DNA of 64,000 nt, taken from Gammaproteobacteria bacterium (lineage in GTDB: Bacteria > Pseudomonadota > Gammaproteobacteria > Steroidobacterales > Woeseiaceae). The DNA is taken from NCBI GenBank assembly GCA_037382365.1, contig JARRPZ010000003.1, positions 99 through 64,098 on the forward strand. Direction: 5' to 3'. The first letter of the stretch is position 1, and each line of letters begins with the position of its first letter. Under the pieces are notes generated by a model. The model saw only the letters and a list, made by a program, of their open reading frames with translations. It did not search any database and was not told where the DNA came from. The position numbers and the translations under genes are program-made. This document shows, piece by piece, positions 10,911 through 21,520 of this stretch.

Positions 10911-12200
10911 GTGAACGTACTGATAGTCGGTGGTGGCGGACGCGAGCACGCCCTGGCGTGGAAATGCGCCGCTTCGCCGCGAGTGACCGAGGTCCTCGTC
11001 GCGCCGGGCAATGCGGGCACTGCGCTGGAGCCCGGTGTCAGAAACGTCGCCGTCGGCGCGGACGACATCGACGGCCTGCTCGACCTCGCGCGCCATGAAG
11101 GAATCGACCTGACGATCGTAGGTCCCGAGGTCCCCCTCGTCGCCGGTATCGTCGATCGGTTCCGGTCGGACGGACTTCGCTGTTTCGGCCCGACGGCGGA
11201 CGCGGCACGCCTGGAAGGTTCCAAGGCATACACCAAGGACTTCCTGGCGCGGCACCGCATCCCCACGGCTGCCTACGAGAATTTCTCGGAGCTCGCGCCC
11301 GCTCTCGAGTACATCCGGGACCGGGGAGCGCCGCTGGTCGTGAAGGCGGACGGTCTCGCCGCCGGCAAGGGGGTGGTCGTCGCGCACGATGTCGCGGAGG
11401 CGGAGACGGCAGCCCGCGATATGCTGGAGGGGGGCGCTTTCGGTGCGGCCGGCGGGCGTATCGTGGTGGAGGAATTCCTGGCGGGCGAGGAAGCGAGTTT
11501 CATCGTCATCACGGACGGTCGTCATATCGTCCCACTCGCGACGTCCCAGGATCACAAGGCACGGGACGACGGCGATGAGGGACCGAACACCGGCGGCATG
11601 GGCGCCTATTCGCCGGCGCCGATAGTCACCCCGGCGGTGCATGAGCGCATCATGCGCGAAGTGATCGAACCGACCGTGGCCGGCCTCGCCGCCGACGGCG
11701 TCGCGTACCTGGGATTCCTGTACGCGGGGCTGATGATCGACGAGCACGGCGCACCGAAGGTCCTCGAGTTCAACTGCCGTTTCGGAGATCCCGAGACCCA
11801 GCCCGTCATGGCGCGCCTCGACAGCGACCTGGTGGACCTCTGCGAGGCCGCCATGGACGGCGCGCTGGGCGAGATCACGGTGGAATGGGACACGCGCGCC
11901 TCGCTCGGGGTCGTCATGGCCGCGGGCGGGTATCCTGGCCGCTATCGAAAAGGCGATCCGATAGAAGGACTCCCGGAGGCGGCTGCTTTGGAAGGCGTGA
12001 AGGTCTTCCACGCCGGCACACGGCTGGAAGACGGCCGGGTCGTGACGGATGGCGGACGTGTGCTGTGCGTGGTCGGACTCGGCGATGACGTGACCGCGGC
12101 ACGCGACCTCGCCTACAGTGCCGTGGAACGGATCCGCTGGGACGGCGCCTATTACCGCCGGGATATCGGCCACCGTGCCCTCGCGCGTGAGCGTGGCTGA
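10911..12200 (+). CDS. purD: Phosphoribosylamine--glycine ligase
   Basis: [18 protein letters not shown], an ATP-grasp core and the C-terminal YRRDIG match PurD. GTG start. Confidence 0.97.
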   Translation: MNVLIVGGGGREHALAWKCAASPRVTEVLVAPGNAGTALEPGVRNVAVGADDIDGLLDLARHEGIDLTIVGPEVPLVAGIVDRFRSDGLRCFGPTADAARLEGSKAYTKDFLARHRIPTAAYENFSELAPALEYIRDRGAPLVVKADGLAAGKGVVVAHDVAEAETAARDMLEGGAFGAAGGRIVVEEFLAGEEASFIVITDGRHIVPLATSQDHKARDDGDEGPNTGGMGAYSPAPIVTPAVHERIMREVIEPTVAGLAADGVAYLGFLYAGLMIDEHGAPKVLEFNCRFGDPETQPVMARLDSDLVDLCEAAMDGALGEITVEWDTRASLGVVMAAGGYPGRYRKGDPIEGLPEAAALEGVKVFHAGTRLEDGRVVTDGGRVLCVVGLGDDVTAARDLAYSAVERIRWDGAYYRRDIGHRALARERG

Positions 12201-12207
12201 GCCGTCG

Positions 12208-13401
12208 ATGGTCACGGTCTCCGAAGCGTGGCAGCACATCCTCGAGGTCCTGCCCGACTTCGGGAGTGAGACGGTCGCTCTGGAGGATGCCTGCGGACGG
12301 GTCCTTCGCCAGACGGTGACAGCGGAAAGGGACCAGCCGCCCTTCGACCGCGTCATGATGGACGGGATCGCCATCCGGCACACCGGCGCGCGTCGCTTCC
12401 GTCTCCAGGCCACGCAGCAGGCCGGCGATGCGCCAATAACGCTGTCGAGCGACGAGCACTGCATCGAGATCATGACCGGCGCCGTACTGCCTCCCGGCAC
12501 GGACACCGTCGTGCCGGTGGAACGCATCGCCGTCGCCGACGGCCATGCCGAGCTGGAAGCGGACTACGAGCCGGAGCGGGGGCAGTTCGTACACCGGCGC
12601 GGCTCCGACCACCCCGAAGGCGCGTTGCTGCTCGCACCCGGCAGCCTCATCGGCGGACCCGAGGCCGCCGTGCTCGCCTCCCAGGGGCTGGCCCGGGTCG
12701 CCGTCGGTCGGCATCCGGCCGTCGCCGTCGTCTCGACCGGCAACGAACTCGTCGGCCCGGAGCGGGCGTTGCAGCCCCAGGAGATCCGGGCGTCCAACGG
12801 ACCGGCGATGCTGGCGGTGCTGCGTCATAACGGGTTCGCCGGCTGCCGGGACATCCACCTGCGCGACGAGCCAGCGGCCATGCGGAATCAGCTCGGCGGA
12901 CTGCTCGAGGAGCACCGGGTCCTCATCCTCTCCGGCGGTGTCTCGAAGGGCAAGGCCGATTACGTCCCCGGGATCCTGTCGGAGCTGGGCGTCGAGGTGG
13001 TCTTCCACGGCGTGAGCCAGCGACCGGGCAAGCCGATGTGGTTCGGGGTACGGGACGATCGCCTCGTCTTCGCGCTGCCGGGTAACCCGGTCTCGACGCT
13101 GGTCTGTTTCCGCCGCTACGTAGTGCCGGCCCTGTTCGGCGCGGCCGGCCTCGCTCCGGCGACGCCCGAGACGGCGATCCTGTCGGCGGAATACCGGTTC
13201 AGGCCCTCGCTGACCTGCTTTCTCCCCGCGCATGTACGAACCGACGACGGGGGCAGGCTGATGGCGGCGCCGTCGCCGACGAATACCTCGGGCGATTTCA
13301 CGACACTCGCCGGCACCAGTGGATTCGTCGAACTCGATCGGGAGCGGGAAAACTTCCCCGCCGGGACGCCGGTACCCTTCTATCGCTGGCAAGCGGGCTA
13401 G
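12208..13401 (+). CDS. moeA: Molybdopterin molybdenumtransferase MoeA family
   Basis: MMDGIAIR, IMTGAVLPPGTDTVV, SGGVSKGKADY and LPGNPVS are colinear with E. coli MoeA. I chose the ATG at 12208, just after the purD stop. An earlier GTG at 12187 would overlap purD. Confidence 0.85.
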   Translation: MVTVSEAWQHILEVLPDFGSETVALEDACGRVLRQTVTAERDQPPFDRVMMDGIAIRHTGARRFRLQATQQAGDAPITLSSDEHCIEIMTGAVLPPGTDTVVPVERIAVADGHAELEADYEPERGQFVHRRGSDHPEGALLLAPGSLIGGPEAAVLASQGLARVAVGRHPAVAVVSTGNELVGPERALQPQEIRASNGPAMLAVLRHNGFAGCRDIHLRDEPAAMRNQLGGLLEEHRVLILSGGVSKGKADYVPGILSELGVEVVFHGVSQRPGKPMWFGVRDDRLVFALPGNPVSTLVCFRRYVVPALFGAAGLAPATPETAILSAEYRFRPSLTCFLPAHVRTDDGGRLMAAPSPTNTSGDFTTLAGTSGFVELDRERENFPAGTPVPFYRWQAG

Positions 13402-13417
13402 GCGCCCGCCCCGGCGC

Positions 13418-14674
13418 TCAGCGCTTCATCGCCTCGAAGAACTGGGCGTTGGTCTTCGTGTCCTGCAGCTTGGAGATCAGGAACTCGATGGCCGCGAGCT
13501 CGTCCATGGGATGGAGCACCTTCCGCAGTACCCACATCTTCTGCAGCTCGTCCGGTTCCGTCAGGTATTCCTCCTTGCGGGTACCGGAGCGATTGATGTT
13601 GATGGCGGGGAATACGCGCTTCTCGGCGATGCGGCGATCCAGGTGAATCTCCATGTTGCCGGTGCCCTTGAATTCCTCGTAGATCACGTCGTCCATCTTG
13701 GATCCGGTGTCGATCAGTGACGTGGCCAGGATCGTGAGGCTGCCACCCTCCTCGATGTTGCGCGCAGCGCCGAAGAACCGCTTCGGTCGATGCAGCGCAT
13801 TCGCATCCACGCCGCCGGTCAGCACCTTGCCGGACGACGGAACGACCGTGTTGTATGCGCGGGCGAGTCGGGTGATGGAATCCAGGAGGATGACCACGTC
13901 ACGTTTGTGTTCGGTCAGCCGCTTGGCCTTCTCGATCACCATCTCCGCCACCTGCACGTGCCGGCTCGCGGGTTCGTCGAATGTCGACGAGACCACTTCG
14001 CCCCGGACGGTGCGCTCCATCTCCGTCACCTCCTCGGGACGCTCATCGATGAGCAGCACGATGAGGTCGCATTCCGGATGGTTGGCAGCGATGGCGGAAG
14101 CGATGTTCTGCAGCAGCATCGTCTTTCCCGCCTTCGGCGGCGAGACGATCAGTCCACGCTGGCCCTTGCCGATCGGCGCCACCATGTCGATGATGCGCGC
14201 CGTCAAGTCCTCGGTGCTCCCGTTGCCCTGTTCGAGCTTCAGCCGTTCCTTCGGGAACAACGGCGTCAGGTTCTCGAACAGCACTTTGCTCTTCGCATTC
14301 TCCGGCGCGTCGAAATTGATCTGGCCGACTTTCAGCAGCGCAAAGTAGCGCTCGCCGTCTTTCGGCGGCCGGATCAGACCGGAGACCGTGTCGCCCGTAC
14401 GCAGATTGAAGCGACGGATCTGACTGGGCGAGACGTAGATGTCATCCGGACCCGCCAGGTAGGAGCTGTCGGCGGAACGCAGGAAACCGAAACCGTCCTG
14501 CAGTATCTCCAGCACGCCGTCGCCGTAGATGTCCTCGCCCTGCTTCGCGTGGGCTTTCAGCATCGCGAAGATGATGTCCTGCTTGCGTGAGCGGGCGAGG
14601 CCTTCCAGGCCCATGCCCTCCGCGAGCTCCACCAGCTCCGATGCGGGACGTGTCTTTAGCTCGGTGAGATTCAT
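13418..14674 (-). CDS. rho: Transcription termination factor Rho
   Basis: From [25 protein letters not shown] onward the product is colinear with E. coli Rho (418 aa versus 419 aa), including the Walker A motif PPKAGKT. The track ORF continues in frame upstream to a GTG at 14869 (see findings). Confidence 0.95.
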   Translation of the reverse strand: MNLTELKTRPASELVELAEGMGLEGLARSRKQDIIFAMLKAHAKQGEDIYGDGVLEILQDGFGFLRSADSSYLAGPDDIYVSPSQIRRFNLRTGDTVSGLIRPPKDGERYFALLKVGQINFDAPENAKSKVLFENLTPLFPKERLKLEQGNGSTEDLTARIIDMVAPIGKGQRGLIVSPPKAGKTMLLQNIASAIAANHPECDLIVLLIDERPEEVTEMERTVRGEVVSSTFDEPASRHVQVAEMVIEKAKRLTEHKRDVVILLDSITRLARAYNTVVPSSGKVLTGGVDANALHRPKRFFGAARNIEEGGSLTILATSLIDTGSKMDDVIYEEFKGTGNMEIHLDRRIAEKRVFPAININRSGTRKEEYLTEPDELQKMWVLRKVLHPMDELAAIEFLISKLQDTKTNAQFFEAMKR

Positions 14675-14865
14675 CACGTTCTTGCTGTCCGCCAGCTGTT
14701 CCGGCGTGATGACCTCGAGATTCTCCTCGTCGGCCGGGAGATCCTCGTATCCGTGCTGCGTGTTACCGCCTTTCCGCCGACGCGGCTTGCGCGGCGGCCC
14801 ATTCTGATTTTTGGGACGGGAAGATTGCTTCGACCGTCCCCTCGCTGAATTACCCAAGTAGCCTC
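14675..14865 (-). promoter_or_regulatory. Putative trxA-rho intergenic leader (possible rho autoregulatory leader)
   Basis: There are 191 nt between the trxA stop and the conserved Rho Met. The region holds GC-rich stem-loops (gggacgg at 14813-14819 pairs with ccgtccc at 14834-14840; ccgccg and cggcgg pair around 14774-14797). The upstream half has A/T-rich third codon positions. The call is by analogy to the E. coli rho leader and is not demonstrated. Confidence 0.35.
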
Positions 14866-15192
14866 TCACAAGTTGGCATCCAAAAACTCGGTCAATTGCG
14901 ACTTCGACATCGCACCCATTTTCTGTGCCTGAACCGCACCATCGCGGATCAGCATAAGCGTCGGGATACTGCGGATCCCGAATTTCGGCGGCGTGTTAGG
15001 ATTCTCGTCGATGTTGATCTTCGCCACAGTCAGACGATCGCCGTATTCATCCGCTACCGCGTCGAGCAGGGGCGCGATCATTTTGCAGGGACCGCACCAC
15101 TCGGCCCAGAAATCCAGCAGGACCGGTCTGCCCGACTGCAGCACGTCTTGTTCGAACGTGCTGTCACTCGTATGAACGATCTGGCCACCCAC
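14866..15192 (-). CDS. trxA: Thioredoxin 1
   Basis: [17 protein letters not shown] and the C-terminal EFLDANL are colinear with E. coli TrxA. GTG start preceded by GGGGAGG about 8 nt upstream. Confidence 0.95.
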   Translation of the reverse strand: MGGQIVHTSDSTFEQDVLQSGRPVLLDFWAEWCGPCKMIAPLLDAVADEYGDRLTVAKINIDENPNTPPKFGIRSIPTLMLIRDGAVQAQKMGAMSKSQLTEFLDANL

Positions 15193-15471
15193 CGGTCTTA
15201 ACCTCCCCGAAGCATCGAATGATTACCGTTTCCAGAGTCGGAGCTACTCCGACGGCGCATATTTCGAACGCGGCGGTCGCAACAGGTGACGGCGCGTTCC
15301 CGATAAGGCAATATGTCGCAGCTTTGTCGCCGGTCTCGTGCGGCTTCTCTTGAGCTTCGGTGGTAGCTAATTCTGGCAGGTGCGACGGGTGTCGCAGCGA
15401 ACTGGGCCTAATTTGAACCGTTCGCGACGGAATTTGCAAGCCTTACATTCACATTTTCCCGATGGGAACGC

Positions 15472-16869
15472 ATGTCTGAAAATCATCTCAGCGATCTGGC
15501 ATTCGGCGAGCTGGATCTGCCCGACGCATTACACAGAGGCATCGCCGATGCCGGATTCGAATACTGCACGCCGATACAGAGTCGGACACTGCCGATCGCT
15601 CTCGAAGGGCGCGACGTCGCCGGCCAGGCGCAGACCGGGACCGGCAAGACGGCCGCCTTCCTCATCGCGCTGTACACGCGTCTGCTCGCAAGCCGGCGCC
15701 CGGAAGGCAAGCAGTCTGCGCCGCGTGCCGTGATCCTCGCACCCACCCGCGAACTGGCGATACAGATCGCCGCAGACGCCGAAACCCTGGGTCGACATAC
15801 GGGTTTGGAACTCGCACTGGCCTACGGCGGCAAGGACTACGAAAAGCAGCGCGATCACATCGCCGCCGGGATCGACGTGCTCGTCGGCACGCCGGGGCGC
15901 ATCATCGACTACTTCAAACAGGGCGTATTCAACCTGAAACACGTCGAAGTCATGGTGCTCGACGAGGCGGACCGGATGTTCGATCTCGGCTTCATCAAGG
16001 ACATCCGCTATGTCCTGCGGAGGCTGCCGCCGCCGACGAAACGTCTCAACCTGCTGTTCTCGGCAACCCTCTCCCACCGTGTGATGGAACTCGCCTACGA
16101 GCACATGAACGATCCGGAGCTGATCCGGATAGAACCCGAGAAGGTCACCGCGGATCGGGTGCGCCAGGCCATCTACTATCCGTCGAACGAGGAGAAGCTG
16201 CCCCTGCTCATCAAGCTGCTGCGCGAGAAGGATGCGAAGCGCACGATGGTATTCGTGAACACGAAGCGGGAAGCGGAACGGCTCGAGGACACACTGCGTG
16301 CCAACGGCATCAATGCGCAGGCGATCTCGGGCGACGTCCCCCAGCGCAAGCGCGAGCGGATGCTGTCGGACTTCCAGAGCGGCGAGCTGGCGGTGCTGAT
16401 CGGCACCGACGTCGCATCACGCGGCCTGCACGTGCCGGACGTGAGTCACGTGTTCAACTATGATCTGCCGCAGGACCGGGAGGACTACGTGCATCGCATC
16501 GGACGCACGGCCCGTGCGGGTGCTTCCGGCGATGCGATCAGTTTCGGTTGTGAACAGTTCGTGGTATCGCTGCCGGATATCGAGGACTACATCGGCCACA
16601 AGATCCCGGTCGCCTCATTCGACCACGAGGCGCTGCCGGAGATCGAGCGTCCGCCGCGCCGCCAGCGGCGTCGGGCAGGTGCCGGCGACCGCCGTGGCGC
16701 TAGTGGCAAGCCCCCCGGCCGTGGCAATTCGAGCCGCCGTGGCGGCGGGGGCAAGTCTGCGGCGCGCGGCGACGGAGCGGGCCACTCGTCCGGTGGCGGC
16801 GACGACAAGCCGAAGAAGAAGCGTCGGCGCCGACGTCGGCCGAACAAATCCGGTGAGACGAGCCAGTAG
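15472..16869 (+). CDS. rhlB: ATP-dependent DEAD-box RNA helicase RhlB-like
   Basis: It has the Q motif, [12 protein letters not shown] (VLDEADRM), [13 protein letters not shown] and an Arg/Gly/Lys-rich C-terminal tail. It is divergent from trxA-rho as in E. coli. Confidence 0.85.
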   Translation: MSENHLSDLAFGELDLPDALHRGIADAGFEYCTPIQSRTLPIALEGRDVAGQAQTGTGKTAAFLIALYTRLLASRRPEGKQSAPRAVILAPTRELAIQIAADAETLGRHTGLELALAYGGKDYEKQRDHIAAGIDVLVGTPGRIIDYFKQGVFNLKHVEVMVLDEADRMFDLGFIKDIRYVLRRLPPPTKRLNLLFSATLSHRVMELAYEHMNDPELIRIEPEKVTADRVRQAIYYPSNEEKLPLLIKLLREKDAKRTMVFVNTKREAERLEDTLRANGINAQAISGDVPQRKRERMLSDFQSGELAVLIGTDVASRGLHVPDVSHVFNYDLPQDREDYVHRIGRTARAGASGDAISFGCEQFVVSLPDIEDYIGHKIPVASFDHEALPEIERPPRRQRRRAGAGDRRGASGKPPGRGNSSRRGGGGKSAARGDGAGHSSGGGDDKPKKKRRRRRRPNKSGETSQ

Positions 16870-16878
16870 GGAGCCAGA

Positions 16879-17679
16879 GTGCCAATTCTAAACAGACAGC
16901 AGGTATTGAAGGGTGTCACGGGGATCGCACGTGAGGCCGGACGCGCCATACTCGAGATCTACCGGACCAACTTCGACGTGGAGAGCAAGAGCGACGACTC
17001 GCCGGTGACGGCTGCCGACATGGCCGCCCACCGGGTGATCGTGGACGCACTGAGCGATCTGACCCCGGAGATGCCGGTACTCAGCGAAGAGGACGGCGTG
17101 CCGCCTTATTCCGAGCGCAGTGCCTGGCAGCGTTACTGGCTGGTCGATCCCCTGGACGGTACGAAGGAATTCATCAGCCGGAACGGCGAATTCACCGTCA
17201 ACATCGCCCTCATCGAGGCGCACCAGGCGGTCCTCGGCGTGGTCCACGTGCCGGTGCAGGACAAGACCTATACCGGCCTGCACGGCTACGGTGCGCGTCG
17301 GATCACGGGCGACGGGGACAGCGAGCAGATCCGGGTCGCCGAGGAATCCGCGCCGGCCGTACGCGTGGTCGGCAGCCGATCCCACCGATCCTCCGCGCTG
17401 GACGACTGGCTGGGGGAACTCGGAGAGCACGAGCTCGTCCCGATGGGCTCGTCACTGAAATTCTGCGTGGTCGCCGAAGGCGCCGCCGACGTTTATCCGA
17501 GGCTGGGACCGACGTCGGAGTGGGACACCGCCGCCGCCCAGGCCGTCGTAGAAGCCGCCGGCGGACGCGTGACCATCGCGGGCGGCGCACCGCTCGCCTA
17601 CAACACGAAGGCGGACATCCTCAATCCGCACTTCCTCGTCACCGGTCCGCGGGACCGGCAGTGGCCGCCGTTCGACTGA
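16879..17679 (+). CDS. cysQ: 3'(2'),5'-bisphosphate nucleotidase CysQ
   Basis: Inositol monophosphatase family motifs are present (SEEDG, WLVDPLDGTKEF, WDTAAAQAVVEAAGG), and the length is CysQ-like. GTG start after GGGAGC. Confidence 0.85.
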   Translation: MPILNRQQVLKGVTGIAREAGRAILEIYRTNFDVESKSDDSPVTAADMAAHRVIVDALSDLTPEMPVLSEEDGVPPYSERSAWQRYWLVDPLDGTKEFISRNGEFTVNIALIEAHQAVLGVVHVPVQDKTYTGLHGYGARRITGDGDSEQIRVAEESAPAVRVVGSRSHRSSALDDWLGELGEHELVPMGSSLKFCVVAEGAADVYPRLGPTSEWDTAAAQAVVEAAGGRVTIAGGAPLAYNTKADILNPHFLVTGPRDRQWPPFD

Positions 17680-17724
17680 CGCGGGGACTGGACAAGCGAC
17701 GGTTTTAGGCATAATTAGAAGACC

Positions 17725-17955
17725 GTGGACGGCGAGAATTTCGACAACACCATCGAGAGCGATGCGTTCCGCGATCTGGAGCGGCTCAAGGAGCTGCGCA
17801 TCAGCCATCGTGATCTCGACGACCTGATCGACCGCTTATCCGAAGATCCGCTGGTCGATCAGCTGCGGCTGCGCCGACTGAAGAAGCGCAAGCTGCAGCT
17901 GAAGGACATGATCTCCCGGCTCGAGAGCGAGCTCATCCCCGACCTGAACGCCTGA
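17725..17955 (+). CDS. DUF465 (YdcH-like) small protein
   Basis: LKKRKLQLKDMISRLE matches the E. coli YdcH segment KKQKLQLKDEM. The product is 76 aa, and its 3' end overlaps the convergent trhO by 23 nt. Confidence 0.7.
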   Translation: MDGENFDNTIESDAFRDLERLKELRISHRDLDDLIDRLSEDPLVDQLRLRRLKKRKLQLKDMISRLESELIPDLNA

Positions 17956-18901
17956 CTCCCTGCTGCCCCGCGTCGGCCGCCCTGTGCGCCGCGCCGATGT
18001 GCTTCTCGCCCCGGCTCGCCGCGAGTTCGACCTGGCGCCGGCGTTCGGCGAGCCGACCGGCCCGCCCGGGTTCGAGTTCATCGTGGCAGTGGGGACAGCT
18101 CACCCCCGGCCGGTAGTGGCTGGACGACAGATCATCGGGCGAGAGTGGTCGCCGGCACGCATGGCATTGGACATAATGTCCCGGCGCGAGCCGCTGGTCG
18201 ACCGCCACGCGGCTGTCGAAGACGAAGCACTCGCCCTGCCAGCGATTCTCTGGGCTGTCTGCCATTTCCTCCAGGTAGCGCAGGATGCCGCCTTCCAGCT
18301 GATACACCCGACGGAATCCGAGTTCGCGCATCATGGCCGTGGCCTTCTCGCACCGGATGCCACCGGTGCAGTACATGGCGACCGGACGCTCCCGGTCGCC
18401 GGCCAGTCGCTGCGCCACGAACCCGGGGAAATCGCGGAAGCTGCCGGTGCCCGGATCGATCGCCCCGGGGAAACGCCCGACATCGATCTCGTAACGATTG
18501 CGGGTGTCGATCACCAGCGTCTCCGGATCCGCGATGAGCCGATTCCAGTCCCGCGGCGCCACGCGCTCACCGGTCAGCGCGGGGACGTCCAGATCCGGTC
18601 TTCCGAGGCTGACGATCTCCGCACGCAGCCGCACCCGCAGACGCCGGAACGGGGCCTCGTCCGCCTCGGACCAGACCCCCTGCATTGCCTGCAGACCTTT
18701 ATGATCCGCCAGCCGATCCAGGAAAGCGGTCAGCCCCGCCCGATCGCCGGCGAGCGTGGCGTTGATGCCTTCCGGCGCGAGCAGCACCGTACCGACGAGG
18801 CCGCGGGAGCGGCCCGCCTCCAGCAGTGGTTCACGCAGCGAGGCATGGGCCGGCAGGCTGACGAAGCGGTAGAAGGAGACGACGTGACAATGGCCACTCA
18901 T
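17933..18901 (-). CDS. trhO: Rhodanese-domain tRNA uridine(34) hydroxylase TrhO (YceA/UPF0176 family)
   Basis: The N-terminus VVSFYRF...PEGINATLAG, the rhodanese active-site loop YCTGGIRCEK and a C-terminal Cys cluster (CHACRRP...CPHC) fit the family. Confidence 0.85.
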   Translation of the reverse strand: MSGHCHVVSFYRFVSLPAHASLREPLLEAGRSRGLVGTVLLAPEGINATLAGDRAGLTAFLDRLADHKGLQAMQGVWSEADEAPFRRLRVRLRAEIVSLGRPDLDVPALTGERVAPRDWNRLIADPETLVIDTRNRYEIDVGRFPGAIDPGTGSFRDFPGFVAQRLAGDRERPVAMYCTGGIRCEKATAMMRELGFRRVYQLEGGILRYLEEMADSPENRWQGECFVFDSRVAVDQRLAPGHYVQCHACRRPLSPDDLSSSHYRPGVSCPHCHDELEPGRAGRLAERRRQVELAASRGEKHIGAAHRAADAGQQGVRRSGRG

Positions 18902-18915
18902 GACGAATAAGTGTA

Positions 18916-21447
18916 TCAGCTGCGCTCCGCCGTTCGCGCACCCTGGCTGTCGTCTTCCGCCGCCGCCTCGTCTTCGGCAGGCAGTTCGCTCACGGCCGTG
19001 CTCAGGATGTGATGGCAGAGCTGCTCGCCCAGCACCTGGCGCGCGTCTTCCTCCACGCGCACGAGATCTTCGCCGAAGACGAGCCGCCCCTCTTTGTCCG
19101 TGGATACGGCACCGACCTTGCGCAGCGTCCGGATGAAGCCATGGAACAGCTTGCGATCGAAGAAATCCGGCGAACGCAGGCCGGACACCAGCGACAGACG
19201 CTGGGCCGAAAGCTCACAGATCCGCTCGAGGCGGGCCGGCGTCAGGCGGCCGGACCCGTAACGCTCGAGCAATGCGATGGTCATGTAGTAGCGCTGCAGC
19301 ATCGGCAACACCAGACGGCCCAGCTGGATGAGCTGGAAGGCGGCGACACTGCCGGCCCTCGGCCGGCGCAGGATCTGACCGTCCTCAGACAGCTTCAGCA
19401 GACCGAGTTCGCAGAAATGCCCGATGGCGCTGCGGACGCGGCCCTCCACTTCGGACGCTCGCCAGCGCAGGAAGAGCTCCTCGCGCACGTGGGGATAGGT
19501 CAGCGCGACGAGCCGGACCACTTCCGTGAGGGCCAGACGGCGGCTCTGGATGAAGCAGGCCGCGACCATGCCCGGAAGGGCGACGAGGTGCAGGACATTG
19601 TTCAGGAAATAGGTCATCAGCACCGCCTCGCTCTCGCGCATCAGGATGACGTCTCCGAGGGGATGTTGCTGGCGGCGGATGACGTCCATCTCCTCGCCGT
19701 GGGCGATGATCTCGTCCGGCCGCAGATCCGGGATGGTGACGGCGTCGCTGTACGAGAAGCGTCTCAGGAGATCGGGAAGCAAGGTCAGCTGGCGGGTCAG
19801 GGTGGACTCGGGCATGGTCTGGCGCGGCGTGGACAGCAGCGCCAGTGCGAGCAGCGCGATCGGCGTGACGGCCGCGGCCGAATTGATGCGCCACATGATC
19901 TGGCGCTCGAGTTCGTCGATGACCTCCGCCAGCCATGGCAGACGGTCACCTTCGGCGATCGTCTCCTGCCGCCAGCCCGGATGACGGCGATCGAGGAGCT
20001 CGTTCAGCTCCAGCGGCTCGCCGATGTTCACGTACACCTGGCCGAAGTTGTCGCGCAGCGCGCGCAGGGATCGCAGCAGGCCGAACACCGTCTCCTTCTG
20101 CTTCTCCTCGCCGGCGAGTTCGTTGATGAAGGCCTTGCCCTCCACGAGCTTCTCGTAGCCGAAATACACCGGCACGAACACCACCGGCCGGCGTGGATCC
20201 TGCAGGAACGACTCCACCGTCATCATCAGCATGCCGCCCTTCGGCCGTAACAGCCTGCCAGTGCGGCTGCGGCCGCCTTCCACGAAATACTCGATGCTGA
20301 AACCGCGGGTGATCAGCGCCCGCAGGTAACCATAGAAGACGGCTGCGTAGAGCCGGTTACCGCGGAAACTGCGTCGCAGGAAGAATGCGCCGCCGCGGCG
20401 CAGGATCGATCCGACCACCGGCAGATTCAGATTCACGCCGGCGGCGACGTAAGGCAGGGACAGACCGCGGTGGTAGAGCACGTAGGAGAGGAGGATGTAG
20501 TCGAAGTGGCTGCGGTGACACGGCACGTAGACGACTTCCCTGCCCTCCGCGACCGCCTGCAGGCGCTCGATGCCATTCAGCCGCATGCCGTCGTAGATTC
20601 GGTGCAGCGCCCAGGTGAGTACCTTGTCGAGGAAGCGCACCATCGGGTAGGACATGTCGGCCGCGATCTCCTGCGCATAGGCACGGGCTTTACGCTGCAG
20701 GCGTTCCCTTTCCTGCGCGTCGCCTTTCGCCTCGTGCGCGATCACGGCCCTCACGCTCTCGCTGCGCAGTACCGCATTGACCAGCGTGCGTCGGTGGGAG
20801 AGATCCGGTCCCAGGGTGGCGATCCGACGCTGTCGGAAGTGGACCCGCAGGATCCGGGAGATCTTCCTGGAGGTCAGTGTCGCGCCCTGTCCCTCGTCGG
20901 CCACCCGCCTCACCGACAGGGGTTCGCTGAAGTGGACCAGCGTCGCGCGACCGTACAGGATCGTGGTGAGGAACTTCCGCAGGCGGCCGGCGATTTCCCA
21001 TTGTTCGCTGAACAGCACCTTGAACCAGGAGTGCTCTTTCTCCGGCGCCCGCCCCCAGTAGACGGCCACCGGCACCAGCAGGAGGTCCTCGTCCGTATTC
21101 TCGACGGCAGCACCGACCAGTCGCTCGAGCCGGGGCGATATCTGTTTGCGCTGACGGCGGAAAAACAGCCCGCGGTAGGTCCTCAGGACGATCAGCGCGG
21201 AGGACTCCTGCCGGCCGCCGTACCAGAGGCCGTCGCCCGGCGTCGGCAGCCCGTAGCGCGTGCACACCTGCTCGAGGGCCAGGCGGTCGGCGAGGCCACC
21301 GTACTCGAGCACGTAGCAGATCCGCGTGCCCTGCGGACCCACCACGTCCCCCGGCGCGTCGGGGAGGACCGCCGGCCGTATCCAGAGGCGCGTGCTACGC
21401 GTGAGCAGCCAGATCAGCGGCCGACGCAGGAAACCGGGGGTGCTCAT
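18916..21447 (-). CDS. plsB: Glycerol-3-phosphate acyltransferase
   Basis: It has the H(X)4D motif HRSHFDYILLSYVLY, FVEGGRSRTGRLL and a PlsB-like length (843 aa from the ATG at 21447). The first 99 codons of the track ORF (up to 21744) are Ser/Arg/Pro-rich and overlap otsB, so I excluded them. Confidence 0.93.
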   Translation of the reverse strand: MSTPGFLRRPLIWLLTRSTRLWIRPAVLPDAPGDVVGPQGTRICYVLEYGGLADRLALEQVCTRYGLPTPGDGLWYGGRQESSALIVLRTYRGLFFRRQRKQISPRLERLVGAAVENTDEDLLLVPVAVYWGRAPEKEHSWFKVLFSEQWEIAGRLRKFLTTILYGRATLVHFSEPLSVRRVADEGQGATLTSRKISRILRVHFRQRRIATLGPDLSHRRTLVNAVLRSESVRAVIAHEAKGDAQERERLQRKARAYAQEIAADMSYPMVRFLDKVLTWALHRIYDGMRLNGIERLQAVAEGREVVYVPCHRSHFDYILLSYVLYHRGLSLPYVAAGVNLNLPVVGSILRRGGAFFLRRSFRGNRLYAAVFYGYLRALITRGFSIEYFVEGGRSRTGRLLRPKGGMLMMTVESFLQDPRRPVVFVPVYFGYEKLVEGKAFINELAGEEKQKETVFGLLRSLRALRDNFGQVYVNIGEPLELNELLDRRHPGWRQETIAEGDRLPWLAEVIDELERQIMWRINSAAAVTPIALLALALLSTPRQTMPESTLTRQLTLLPDLLRRFSYSDAVTIPDLRPDEIIAHGEEMDVIRRQQHPLGDVILMRESEAVLMTYFLNNVLHLVALPGMVAACFIQSRRLALTEVVRLVALTYPHVREELFLRWRASEVEGRVRSAIGHFCELGLLKLSEDGQILRRPRAGSVAAFQLIQLGRLVLPMLQRYYMTIALLERYGSGRLTPARLERICELSAQRLSLVSGLRSPDFFDRKLFHGFIRTLRKVGAVSTDKEGRLVFGEDLVRVEEDARQVLGEQLCHHILSTAVSELPAEDEAAAEDDSQGARTAERS

Positions 21448-21520
21448 GCGGCGGATTCTACCGAATGCCGCGGCCCGGAGTGTTTGCAAAGCGCCGCGCG
21501 GTACGCAATGCTCGCCATCA

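Noticed and set aside
9435-12527. A 1030-aa minus-strand ORF spanning the purH-purD-moeA region.
   Set aside because: It is antisense to three genes with unmistakable homology. The product is Arg/Gly/Asp/His-rich with no recognisable motifs. This is a typical stop-codon-poor shadow frame in high-GC DNA.
13402-13417. The palindrome gcgcc-cgcccc-ggcgc between convergent moeA and rho, considered as a bidirectional terminator.
   Set aside because: The stem is only 5 bp and there is no U-tract on either strand. That is insufficient to call a terminator.
14675-14869. Annotating Rho as the full 483-aa ORF with a basic N-terminal extension.
   Set aside because: Colinearity with E. coli Rho starts exactly at MNLTELK and gives 418 aa. 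The distal extension has atypical codon third positions and stable hairpins. I kept it as a finding because it cannot be fully excluded.
15164-15439. The 91-aa ORF in the trxA/rhlB divergent region.
   Set aside because: It overlaps the trxA start and lies in the AT-richer promoter region. It shows no codon bias or motif.
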